64,000 nucleotides of DNA from a virus (lineage: Duplodnaviria > Caudoviricetes), in the IMG/VR virus record IMGVR_UViG_3300021400_000063; one strand, written 5' to 3'. Position 1 is the first letter of the stretch. Each line of letters opens with the position of its first letter. A program made the translations under genes and the position numbers. The notes under the pieces are model-generated. The model saw nothing but the letters and a program-made list of their open reading frames with translations. It had not been told where the DNA came from and searched no databases. Below are positions 28,786 through 38,428 of the stretch, in pieces.

Positions 28786-29540
28786 TGAAAGTTTCTGCTG
28801 AACAGTTTAAAAAAATACGTAAAAAGTATGAAGAAAATATTTACAAATTAATGGATGATATTGATCCTTCAGGATTTAATGCTGATACTTATAGAATAGC
28901 TTTTGCTAAAATGTCAGATAAACAATTCATTGATTTGATGAAGAAATATATAGAGCAGGATGATTTAAATCTTTTTATAGATATCAATCAACTTGAAAAG
29001 AAAAAGTCTGATAATATGACTCTTGAAAAGATTAAAGCTATTGCTGATAAATGGAAGATTAGTTTATTCGAATATGTATTTATGCCTTTTAGAAATCCTA
29101 GAGGTAAACCAATGTGTACATTAACAAAAGTACCAATTATTTACTGTCCGATTAGACGATTCTTCCAACAGATGTTGCAACATAAAAACTCTATTTCTAA
29201 TAGTAGCGATCATATTAATCCATTGACTGGACAGGTTGTACAAGAAGATAAAACTGCTTCTACTACAAACGTTCAGACTTATGCGTTAGCTGCAACAAAT
29301 CAAATTAATGCTCTTAAAGAATTTCTTGGTCCTCGTGCAGATGATCAAATAAGTAAACAACAAATGTTGAATACTATTGTATCAACTGGTGATGTTAGAT
29401 TATCTGATTTGGATATTCGAACTCACAATAAACAGGCAGTTAATACTACAGAAGTTTTCTGTAAAGCTGCTGGTCTAGAGGTTAAATTCTCTGGAAATGA
29501 TTACGGTAATATAGATTTTGGTGACAAAGATGATCAATAA
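28785..29540 (+). CDS. rpoB: RNA polymerase beta C-terminal fragment (probably virion RNAP)
   Basis: QMLQHKNSIS...NPLTGQV...QTYALAA...ALKEFLGPRADD aligns with RpoB HLVDDKMHARS...SLVTQQP...EVWALEA...TLQEMLTVKSDD. Confidence 0.8.
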   Translation: MKVSAEQFKKIRKKYEENIYKLMDDIDPSGFNADTYRIAFAKMSDKQFIDLMKKYIEQDDLNLFIDINQLEKKKSDNMTLEKIKAIADKWKISLFEYVFMPFRNPRGKPMCTLTKVPIIYCPIRRFFQQMLQHKNSISNSSDHINPLTGQVVQEDKTASTTNVQTYALAATNQINALKEFLGPRADDQISKQQMLNTIVSTGDVRLSDLDIRTHNKQAVNTTEVFCKAAGLEVKFSGNDYGNIDFGDKDDQ

Positions 29541-29991
29541 TAATAGATTATTTTCATATGAAGTTATGAATACCGAACCTATAACTATATTAAATCCTAC
29601 CGGTCTTTCTATTGGTAATTTTAATAAACCTAGTGATAAACTGATACTTGCTGTAGATTTCGATGGTACAATCGTTGATGATGCTTTTCCAAAAATTGGT
29701 AAAGTTAAACCGAATGCTATTGAATCTATAAAGTATTTACAATCCTTTGGAGTTCAAATTATCTTATGGACTTGTAGAGATGGTGAATATCTTAAACAAG
29801 CATTAGCATTTTTATTGGCTAATGGTATTAAAGTTACAAAAGCTAATGATAATTCAAATAGTATAAATTTCAAACCTTCGAAAAAGATTTATGCCGATTA
29901 TTATTTAGACGATAGAAGTTTTCCAGGATTTCCTGGTTGGAATATATTTATTGACGCTTTTAAAAACGCTTACGGAGTAAAGAATGATTAA
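29530..29991 (+). CDS. HAD-superfamily hydrolase/phosphatase (capless type)
   Basis: AVDFDGTIV (motif I), LWTCR (II), KIYADYYLDDR (III/IV); ATG 29530 gives leader MINNNRLFSYE. Confidence 0.88.
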   Translation: MINNNRLFSYEVMNTEPITILNPTGLSIGNFNKPSDKLILAVDFDGTIVDDAFPKIGKVKPNAIESIKYLQSFGVQIILWTCRDGEYLKQALAFLLANGIKVTKANDNSNSINFKPSKKIYADYYLDDRSFPGFPGWNIFIDAFKNAYGVKND

Positions 29992-30640
29992 TAATGATAA
30001 AATATTTTCTTGTGAAAATTATAATTTGAAGAATGAACAGTCGCAAGAAGGAATTAAACAAATATTCGTCGGAATAGGAATATTTTATTTAGCTTTATTC
30101 ATTTTATCTAAAATTCAAAATAAAATTAAAAAACATAATGAAGCTAAAGTAAAACAATTTACTAAAGATAATAAATTAAAATTAGAAAAATTGAAAAAAT
30201 TTGTCGATAGTTGTTTATTAGAATTTAATGAAATTTGTAAATACATTGAAAATAATTGTGAACAAATAGATTATGATAAATTGTTAAATTATGATGATAT
30301 AATTTCTCCATTCGAAAAGATTATATCAAAAAATAAAAATATTAATAATTCGATTATTCTATATCTTAATAAACATGCTAAAAAGATATCATTATATCCA
30401 CAATTTTACGATCATAATTCAATCGATTATGATGGAAAAGAATTTAAAGATTTAATGAATATCAAATTACCAAAGTTTACTAAAGAACTTTGTAATAAAA
30501 AATATAAATATTTTAAAATAATTTCTAATGAAAAAGAAATTATCGATAATATTTGTGATGGTAGATCTACAATAGAACTGAAGGTAGATTACTCAAATTT
30601 AGATATTAGTTTACTATCAGATTTTATTGATAAGGATTAA
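29984..30640 (+). CDS. Hypothetical protein with MINNDKIFSCE leader and a hydrophobic segment
   Basis: 218 aa; SQE followed by GIKQIFVGIGIFYLALFIL. Confidence 0.8.
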   Translation: MINNDKIFSCENYNLKNEQSQEGIKQIFVGIGIFYLALFILSKIQNKIKKHNEAKVKQFTKDNKLKLEKLKKFVDSCLLEFNEICKYIENNCEQIDYDKLLNYDDIISPFEKIISKNKNINNSIILYLNKHAKKISLYPQFYDHNSIDYDGKEFKDLMNIKLPKFTKELCNKKYKYFKIISNEKEIIDNICDGRSTIELKVDYSNLDISLLSDFIDKD

Positions 30641-30643
30641 TAT

Positions 30644-31399
30644 ATGATTAATAATGATAAAATATTTGCTACCGAAATGAATGTTTATGCCTGTTCTCAA
30701 GGTCTTTTTGGACCAGATGAAGGTGTTGAAACAGTTGGGGATTTTCAACTTGGTGATTGTAATAATGGTCATGAAGATCCTGATTTGGATAAAGCTGAAG
30801 AATCTAATGAAAATTTAATTTTCACAATTGATGATGAATGTTATAAATTAAAAGAATTTGAAAATGGTAAATATAATATTTTATTTGTAACTGGTTTTTC
30901 TGGTTCTGGTAAAACTACATTAGGTGGAGAATTGTCTAAAAAATATCATTGTAGTTTAATACAATTGGATGATATTATGACTCCAGATATGTTTACTGAT
31001 TCAGATTTTAATAAAATGGATCCTATAATTTGTGAATTCTTTAAAGAAAATGAATATGCTAAATTACATAGAAATGAACACAAATGTTACGATTTAGCTG
31101 AAGAATTTATTAATTATGTTATGAATAAACAATTATCTCATAAAATAATAGTTGAAGGCGTTCAAATTTGGTTATCATTAAATGATAAAGATAATATTAT
31201 TAATTATAAACAACTTAAAACTTATCCTATAATTTTCAAAGGAACTGCTGGTATAACTAGTACGATTCGTGCTCTTAAAAGAGATAAAAAGAAACGTACT
31301 ATGTATAAAATAGCTCATAAATACTCTTATATATTTACAGATAATTTGAAAATTGAAAAATTAAGAAATATGATTAAATCTGAATATGATAAACACTAA
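30644..31399 (+). CDS. P-loop kinase (nucleotide/polynucleotide kinase-like) with N-terminal extension
   Basis: Walker A VTGFSGSGKTT, IQLDD, IIVEG; leader MINNDKIFATE. Confidence 0.8.
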   Translation: MINNDKIFATEMNVYACSQGLFGPDEGVETVGDFQLGDCNNGHEDPDLDKAEESNENLIFTIDDECYKLKEFENGKYNILFVTGFSGSGKTTLGGELSKKYHCSLIQLDDIMTPDMFTDSDFNKMDPIICEFFKENEYAKLHRNEHKCYDLAEEFINYVMNKQLSHKIIVEGVQIWLSLNDKDNIINYKQLKTYPIIFKGTAGITSTIRALKRDKKKRTMYKIAHKYSYIFTDNLKIEKLRNMIKSEYDKH

Positions 31400-31463
31400 A
31401 TAATAAACTTTTGTGGTTATGCCACAAAAGTTTATATATTATAATAATGAAGAGGAGATAAAT

Positions 31464-31781
31464 ATGGAAATAAAACTAGAAAAAGAGGAATTAGAATATA
31501 TTCCTGACGGATCTATTGATTATGTATTAGATGGTGAATATTATTTATGTCATTTTCCGGAATTAGCAAGCTTACAAGGTAAAAAACTACCTTTCTATGT
31601 TATAAAATTGAAGGGTGGAGTTATTTGGTTTGTTGCTAATTTTAAAAGGGAGAAACCAAAAATAAATCCAAAATTAATAAAACGATATTCTGGAAAAACA
31701 AGAAATAATAATTGTAAAGGGATAACCATCAAATGTAATACAATGTATCATTTAGTAACAGGTGTATTTATTTTTATTTAA
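31464..31781 (+). CDS. Hypothetical protein
   Basis: ATG 31464 after GAGGAG; early motif at 31432-31440. Confidence 0.75.
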   Translation: MEIKLEKEELEYIPDGSIDYVLDGEYYLCHFPELASLQGKKLPFYVIKLKGGVIWFVANFKREKPKINPKLIKRYSGKTRNNNCKGITIKCNTMYHLVTGVFIFI

Positions 31782-31863
31782 AATGAAAGAGGGATTTTAT
31801 ATCCCTCTTTTTTTGTAAATAAATGTTTTTTTTTGATATATTATAATGATGAAGGAGATGAAT

Positions 31864-32652
31864 ATGGAAAAAGCAATTAAAAATACTAAATATGCTTTTA
31901 AAATATTTTATAATTATTTAGCACAGAATAAAGAATGTGTTAAGATAATTAAAAAGAATGATAGAAAAATTTTTAAAGGAAAAGTTAAAAATGACTTCTA
32001 TCAAAATTTGGCTATGTTATCAGATGATACTGAATGTATATCAAATGATGGACATAGAATCAAATATTCCTATTGTAGTTGGAGGGAAGCATTTTTCAAT
32101 TCGACAGATAGGAAAAACTTTAAATACTTCGCATCATTGTATCAAACTACAGGTGCGATGGCTTTCCGTATATATAATTACGGGATTGAAAGTTATGATT
32201 ATATTATATCATTAAATAGTGATGCTTATGATCATCTTTCAGATCGGATAACGTGGCTAACATTTTCACACGAAATGGGCCACTGTTTATTGGATCATCC
32301 GTCTAATCCTTTATCGGATGATGTTAAAAGAGATATAGAAAGAGAAATCGCTGCAGATAATGAAGGATTTAACTTTCTTAAACAAACAAATGTTATCGAT
32401 TTAAATGAATATAATGGTCGACAATATTTGGTTGGAGCTGAAGGATTCCGACTAAAGCATATTGCAAATTGTGGAATGGTGCTTTATGGAAAAGAAAATG
32501 TTGAAGTTATTTGTAATAGCTTTGATAAAGAACGATTAGATTGTTTAGAAGAAATTGCTAAGCGATTTATAAAATTAGATTCTGATGAAACTTATGAAGA
32601 AGATTCTGCTAGAGAATCAAACTTCGAAAAGTTTTTATCAGAAAATCTTTAA
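31864..32652 (+). CDS. Zincin-like metallopeptidase
   Basis: FSHEMGH (HExxH) with downstream EREIAAD third-ligand motif; start placed at ATG after AAGGAG. Confidence 0.7.
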   Translation: MEKAIKNTKYAFKIFYNYLAQNKECVKIIKKNDRKIFKGKVKNDFYQNLAMLSDDTECISNDGHRIKYSYCSWREAFFNSTDRKNFKYFASLYQTTGAMAFRIYNYGIESYDYIISLNSDAYDHLSDRITWLTFSHEMGHCLLDHPSNPLSDDVKRDIEREIAADNEGFNFLKQTNVIDLNEYNGRQYLVGAEGFRLKHIANCGMVLYGKENVEVICNSFDKERLDCLEEIAKRFIKLDSDETYEEDSARESNFEKFLSENL

Positions 32653-32690
32653 ATACAAAGAGAGGATATAGATCCTCTCTTTTTTTTCTT

Positions 32691-32752
32691 TTATATATTA
32701 TTATAATGTAAAGAATTCGTATGAGTTCTTAATATTATAATTTTATTAAGGA
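32691..32752 (+). promoter_or_regulatory. Early promoter plus conserved GTAT-loop leader hairpin (copy 2)
   Basis: TTATATATTATTATAATGTA-AAGAATTC-GTAT-GAGTTCTT-AATATTATAATTTTATTAAGGA. Confidence 0.8.
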
Positions 32753-32762
32753 GAAATTTTGT

Positions 32763-33179
32763 ATGAAATTTATTTTCGATCAAAAAACAAATAGTTTTCA
32801 AATGAAACTTGAACCTGAGGAATTAGAATTAGCTAAAACTAATCCTGAAAGTTTTAAAGCTTTATTAGAACAACAAAATAAAGCTAGAGAAGCTATAGCT
32901 AATAATCTTATCGAACAAATTAAAGAACAGAACAAAAGTCGATTGGAAACTGAAAAAATTCATATTGCTGAAAGAGAAGCTACTCGAAAAGCTGAATTCG
33001 AAGAACGTGAAATTAAACGTAAAGCTGAATTCGAAGAACGTGAGCAGATACGACAACAAGAACTTGAATTGGAACGTTTAAATGTTCAAAAATCTCAACT
33101 TGCTTGGGATAGAATCATTTATGGTGGAGAAGTTATATTGGATAAAGTTCTTCCAGATCAAACATCTAGTAGTTTTTAA
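32763..33179 (+). CDS. Small coiled-coil protein, paralog of 45635-46120
   Basis: Shares L..ELxLAxxNPESFKxxL..Q with 45635; 11-aa repeat RKAEFEEREIK. Confidence 0.85.
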   Translation: MKFIFDQKTNSFQMKLEPEELELAKTNPESFKALLEQQNKAREAIANNLIEQIKEQNKSRLETEKIHIAEREATRKAEFEEREIKRKAEFEEREQIRQQELELERLNVQKSQLAWDRIIYGGEVILDKVLPDQTSSSF

Positions 33180-33284
33180 AACACAATGAGAAGAAGGCTA
33201 TTTTAATTAATAGCTTTCTTTTTTTTTATTTATATATTTAAATACTAGAAAACAATAATGTGTAATATATATAGGAGAATTTAA

Positions 33285-35276
33285 ATGACTTTACTTGACG
33301 AATATAAACAGAAAGTATTCGAAACTCTTAAAACAACCTATAATGGAAAAATCAATGATGAATGGTTGAAAAATTATGTAAATGACATTGTCGAACGTAA
33401 AACAGCCGGAAAGAAATTAGTAGCTCATTGTAGAAATTTGTATAGATATGAATGGCAACTTGAAAGAGATCCAAATACAATTCCATTGGAAATTGAAAAA
33501 GATAAATTGAATATTCTTGCAAATGGTACTTTAACAGAGAATTGGAACCCTGCAAGTTATTTCATTATTACTGATTGGATGGATTCTCGTGCTGTATTTA
33601 AGAAGAAAATGCTTGAAGCTAAAAATGCAGGTAATATGGATGATTTCCGCGAATATAATAATAAACAGAATAAGGTAAAAGCTAATACTAACTCGATTTA
33701 CGGAGCTTCTACAATGCAATCCTCATTCATTTCGAATATTGATATGGGTGGATCTATTACAGCACAGGCTCGTAACTTTATTTCTGAACAAGTATTTACT
33801 ATTGAAAGATTCTTAGCTGGAAATTTTGCATTTGAAAATGTAAATGAAGTAATGACTTGGATTAATCAGATTTTTAAAATCAAAGAATCATTATTTACTC
33901 CAGAAGCTCTTTCGATTATCGATTATATTCCTACTCCAGAAGATTGTAGAACCCGTTTCATTCTTATGACTAAAGATGTTGCTGGTATTAGAAAAAGTCT
34001 TAATAAATTCACACAATCGTCTTTCTTAATGTTTGAAATGATGCCAGATTGGAAACGTATAGCTTTTTATTATGCAAACAATCCTGTAGAATTAATTAGA
34101 CGTAATAAGAAAGTTTATGATTTAGTTAATAGACTTATTGAAAATGGAATCGAATTTATCAATCCTTATGAAATTCCAGAAGGAATGAAAACTGATCTGG
34201 AACAACTTACAGATTATATGAAAATCTTTGCTTTTGCAACTGTTATTAATTATAATCGTGTTGAAAAGTATAAGACTCGTAAAAGAAAGTGTTGTGTTGT
34301 TGGAGATACAGATTCAACAATGCCATCACTTTATGAAATAGTTTTGAATACATTGAAAATATATGGTAAAGAAAATCTTATGGATGATATGAATGTACAG
34401 ATTAGAATGACGATGATATTCGTATCTTTGGTTACTACACTTCTCGATGAGTGTTGCCATAATTATGTAGAATGCTGTAATTCATTCCATCCTGAAGACA
34501 GATTCTTTATGTATATGAAAAATGAATTCTTCTTCCCAATTATTCTGTTATTCCCTGTAAAGAAAAATTATATAGGAATTCAGACTATTCAGGAAGGAAA
34601 AATGATTCCTGAAGAAGCACAGTTAGCTATTACTGGTCGTTCTTTAGGTTCATCTGGTCTCAATGAATATGTATCTACACATATCATTGATCTTCTTCAG
34701 AATATGGTTCTAAGAGCCAATAAGTATGATCCTGTAAACATTCTACATGGTGTCCATGAGATCGAAGATCATATTGATAAATCTATTCAAGAAGGAGATA
34801 AAACTTTTGGTATTTTTACAAGATACAATGGTATTAATAATATCAAAGATCCTGTAAGAACTACTGCTGCAAGAGCAAGTTGTATTTGGAATCTTTTATA
34901 TCCTGACGATTACATCGTTCCTGGAGATGCTGTATACATGTTTGATACAAATCTCATGACTGAAGAAGATCTGGAACGTATCGATCCTAAGTTCAATGAT
35001 ATAAAAGAAAAGATTAGAAAAAATGTATTTAGAGTTAATTCTTTAGGTATGGATTTTTCTAGTTTTGGTCTGAAAGCATTTGCTATTCCAGTAAATGGTA
35101 ATACTAAGAAGTTACCAGAATGGGTAATTCCATTTATTCGTACAGATTCAATGATTCAAAAACATTTACAGCCTATTACATCTTTGTATTCTTCATTATT
35201 GTTATCTCCAGCTAGATATCAAGCAGAAGGAAGTAGTACTAAGAAAATGGGCACAAGCACACTCATAAGATTCTAG
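33285..35276 (+). CDS. Family B DNA polymerase, polymerase-domain subunit (phiKZ-like split PolB)
   Basis: Motif B KVKANTNSIYG, motif C VGDTDS, KKNY; no exonuclease motifs recognised; early motif at 33230-33238. Confidence 0.88.
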   Translation: MTLLDEYKQKVFETLKTTYNGKINDEWLKNYVNDIVERKTAGKKLVAHCRNLYRYEWQLERDPNTIPLEIEKDKLNILANGTLTENWNPASYFIITDWMDSRAVFKKKMLEAKNAGNMDDFREYNNKQNKVKANTNSIYGASTMQSSFISNIDMGGSITAQARNFISEQVFTIERFLAGNFAFENVNEVMTWINQIFKIKESLFTPEALSIIDYIPTPEDCRTRFILMTKDVAGIRKSLNKFTQSSFLMFEMMPDWKRIAFYYANNPVELIRRNKKVYDLVNRLIENGIEFINPYEIPEGMKTDLEQLTDYMKIFAFATVINYNRVEKYKTRKRKCCVVGDTDSTMPSLYEIVLNTLKIYGKENLMDDMNVQIRMTMIFVSLVTTLLDECCHNYVECCNSFHPEDRFFMYMKNEFFFPIILLFPVKKNYIGIQTIQEGKMIPEEAQLAITGRSLGSSGLNEYVSTHIIDLLQNMVLRANKYDPVNILHGVHEIEDHIDKSIQEGDKTFGIFTRYNGINNIKDPVRTTAARASCIWNLLYPDDYIVPGDAVYMFDTNLMTEEDLERIDPKFNDIKEKIRKNVFRVNSLGMDFSSFGLKAFAIPVNGNTKKLPEWVIPFIRTDSMIQKHLQPITSLYSSLLLSPARYQAEGSSTKKMGTSTLIRF

Positions 35277-35289
35277 GAGGAAAGTAAAT

Positions 35290-36210
35290 ATGAGTAGAAC
35301 TAATGGAAGACGAACTGATAAATCATCGTATTCTAATCCGAAAAGCAAGGCTCGTAGCCGAAAAGAACATTCTAAGAAGGTTGATAATAAACTATATCAA
35401 TCTTCTACTAAACAGGTGAATAAAAAATCTGAAAATAAAAAGATTAAAGTAAAAACATCATCTACATATGGAAAAGTTTGTAAAAAACTTCCAGAAGCTA
35501 AAACTATAATTGCTACAGATTATTTCGAAAAATTGTATATTGAAATTCCTGTAGTCATGAAATGGTATCATAGATTATCTAAGAAATCTACACAGCTTAT
35601 TGTAAATTTCTTTACAACTAATCAATGGACTTTAGAAATGTTTAGACAAAAATACAGTGAACATTTTGTAGAAAAATTTAAGCATACTGATGAGAATGTC
35701 AAACGTATGCTTAAATCGTTATTAAAACATAATTTTAATCATAAAGAATTTTATATAAAAGATTATTTTAGTTTTGGTATATCTATAAGCGATATCTTTT
35801 TCTGTAAAAAAGATTCAGCTAATGGAAAGAAGGAATGGGTATTCGTAATGCATCTTTCAGATTTATATGATTCTTATGCTGCTTATTATAAACAGCAATA
35901 TGGTACTATACCATATTCAATCGACATTAATCATTTAATTTACAAAGATACTGATTGTAGAAAAGAATCGAATGTTGGTAATTACGGATCTATAAATAGT
36001 AGATTTGCTATCGTAAATGTAAATCCTTGCAAATATACACCTTATCCTATTCCATATAATGTTGGTATAAGATGTGTTCTTTATATTAATAATAAGAACA
36101 AAAGAAAAGCTATGGATAAAAATTATGATTATATTGAACATCAGTTTAATAAAGTTGTAATTAAAGAAATTCCATTGATTGCTACACCAGTTTCTACAAA
36201 AAGAAAATAA
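35290..36210 (+). CDS. Hypothetical protein with highly basic N-terminus
   Basis: 306 aa, AGGAGG RBS. Confidence 0.8.
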   Translation: MSRTNGRRTDKSSYSNPKSKARSRKEHSKKVDNKLYQSSTKQVNKKSENKKIKVKTSSTYGKVCKKLPEAKTIIATDYFEKLYIEIPVVMKWYHRLSKKSTQLIVNFFTTNQWTLEMFRQKYSEHFVEKFKHTDENVKRMLKSLLKHNFNHKEFYIKDYFSFGISISDIFFCKKDSANGKKEWVFVMHLSDLYDSYAAYYKQQYGTIPYSIDINHLIYKDTDCRKESNVGNYGSINSRFAIVNVNPCKYTPYPIPYNVGIRCVLYINNKNKRKAMDKNYDYIEHQFNKVVIKEIPLIATPVSTKRK

Positions 36211-36317
36211 GTATTTATAAATAAATCATAGGGAGAGCAATACTCCCTATGATTTACATTATTTTATTTTTTTATTATTTATATATTACTTCTATGTAAT
36301 AAGTGAGGTATTATATT

Positions 36318-37607
36318 ATGAATATGCGAGAAATAGTTATTGATCGAATTAGACTCAATGAAAATATGTTAGAGACTAAACCATCAAATAACTTAAAAGA
36401 ATTAGGATTTATTGATTATAAAAGAACTATTCAATTATTCATAAAAGAAATAGAAAGAATTAATGGAATACCTGATAGAAAGGTTCAAGAAATAGCAGCA
36501 TTAATAACAAATTATTCGATAGTCGATATTGATAGAGATTCTAGAATGTTTAACAAAACAGTTTATTTCTGTGATGTTGAGTTTCCTAAAGATTTAAATA
36601 TGGAAGCTATTGTTAAAAATATAGAACCTTTTATAGAAATCGCATATATTAGACCTACATATGCTTTTCAAACAAGTCATGTAGTTCGTCCAAATAGCTA
36701 TGTTGATCTGGGGCTATCAATGTGTGATTTATCGATTTCAGGTTCTTGTGGAATTATAAACTTTGCTGATAACAAAGGCGAATTTCCTAAATTTAAAGAG
36801 CAGATTTATGGTAATTCATTCAATCCTAAATTCTATAATAATATTGATGCTCGATTAGATATGCAGAAACAAAGAAGTGGAAATATTAATGAATTTGTTG
36901 ATAATAGAACCACGATATTCTGTAATACATATGGCTCGACTTCTGTTGAAAATTTTATAAATAATGAAGTGAAAACAGGGATATATATTAACAACAGGAC
37001 AAGAGCTTTGAACGATTTTATAAATGATGTATTTCAAAAACTTCTTTATATTGGTTTGGAAAAAATTGAAATTGTAATGAAAAAGGTAAATAAACATCTT
37101 GAATTCAATGTTACTAAATGTGGTTTCTTTGCTAAGTTTAACGATGATGTAAAACATGATTTCATTGAAGAAATTTTATGCATTTGTGAAAAACAAGCAG
37201 AAATTATAAATGCTAAGATTGATGAAGATTTTTATTTAGTCTATTCATTTGATACAAAATTTGCAATCCTAGATTATTTATATAATGAAGGAGGAAATGA
37301 ACGAGAAATTCGAATAACAAAACCAATCTATCATCTTTATAATGAATTCTCTATTGATACAGAAGACATTATGAATAATGTTGAATTGAATGGAGAAATG
37401 GCTAAACTTGATATGATTGAAACTGTTGAAAGAGAAGCTATGTTAAATCTTGGTTGTAGTAATAAAGATATCAAAGAAATGATTGATGTTATTACAGATG
37501 CTACAAATACAGTATTAGCTCAAATTGAAAGTTCGAATTCGGATAGAGCTCGTTTGTCCATGGATGATAAACTATGGCAAAGAAATCTCTTGGAACAGAA
37601 GAAGTAG
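36318..37607 (+). CDS. Hypothetical protein
   Basis: About 430 aa; ATG 36318 after GAGG; early motif at 36279-36287. Confidence 0.8.
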   Translation: MNMREIVIDRIRLNENMLETKPSNNLKELGFIDYKRTIQLFIKEIERINGIPDRKVQEIAALITNYSIVDIDRDSRMFNKTVYFCDVEFPKDLNMEAIVKNIEPFIEIAYIRPTYAFQTSHVVRPNSYVDLGLSMCDLSISGSCGIINFADNKGEFPKFKEQIYGNSFNPKFYNNIDARLDMQKQRSGNINEFVDNRTTIFCNTYGSTSVENFINNEVKTGIYINNRTRALNDFINDVFQKLLYIGLEKIEIVMKKVNKHLEFNVTKCGFFAKFNDDVKHDFIEEILCICEKQAEIINAKIDEDFYLVYSFDTKFAILDYLYNEGGNEREIRITKPIYHLYNEFSIDTEDIMNNVELNGEMAKLDMIETVEREAMLNLGCSNKDIKEMIDVITDATNTVLAQIESSNSDRARLSMDDKLWQRNLLEQKK

Positions 37608-37993
37608 TTAAAAAGAAACCTGGAAGAAAAAGAATAATTCCAGTTGAATCTAAAGCATTAAAATATTTCTACATTATTAAAGTAAAATTTAAAGGTAGAG
37701 ATATAGTTAAGTTTGGGATAAGCAATTCGTTTCTTAGGCGGCGTAGAGAGTACAACAACAGCGAGACTGTTGGTTACTTTTTAGATCTATTCCATCTTTA
37801 TAAATGTAATAATCCTAAACAAGTTGAAACATTAGTTAAATGGAGAATGCGTTCTCTAAAAATAAAACCAGTGTTTAAACAAGAATATTTCGAAATGGAA
37901 TATCTTGATTATATTATAGAACAGGCAAAGTATTTTGCTAATGAATTTAATATCAAATTTAAAGAAATTCAGATATCTGATATTAAAATTTGA
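37574..37993 (+). CDS. T5orf172/GIY-YIG-superfamily nuclease-like protein
   Basis: YFYIIK...VKFGIS...RRREYN...VETLVK...QEYF pattern. Confidence 0.65.
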   Translation: MAKKSLGTEEVVKKKPGRKRIIPVESKALKYFYIIKVKFKGRDIVKFGISNSFLRRRREYNNSETVGYFLDLFHLYKCNNPKQVETLVKWRMRSLKIKPVFKQEYFEMEYLDYIIEQAKYFANEFNIKFKEIQISDIKI

Positions 37994-38043
37994 TATTTAG
38001 AACGATAAATTTATATATTTATAATAAAGAAAGGAGGCCTAAT

Positions 38044-38409
38044 ATGGCTGAAACTAAAGAAAAGACAGTTGTAGATTCACTTTCAAATGATGATACAATT
38101 AAAGAACTCGAAACTCTTGGAACAAAAATTCATGATATTATCAAATCTGATGATTATAAGAAGTTTCTTGAGATCACAGAAAATTTGAATAAGAAACTTA
38201 CTACAGATAATGAAAAAATCGACAAGACTGGTAAATCTGAATACACATTTGAACAACGTACACTTATTTCTGCACAACTTTGTGCTATGGGAAATGTTGA
38301 TGCTGCTCTTGGAACACTTATGAATATTCTCGATTTAAGATATCGTGAAGAAGTTAAAGTTGCCGCTATTAAAGCTGTTGAAAAATCAGAAGATAAAAAA
38401 GATGCATAA
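38044..38409 (+). CDS. Hypothetical protein
   Basis: ATG 38044 after AGGAGG; early motif at 38011-38019. Confidence 0.8.
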   Translation: MAETKEKTVVDSLSNDDTIKELETLGTKIHDIIKSDDYKKFLEITENLNKKLTTDNEKIDKTGKSEYTFEQRTLISAQLCAMGNVDAALGTLMNILDLRYREEVKVAAIKAVEKSEDKKDA

Positions 38410-38428
38410 GCATTAAAGGAGTTTAATT

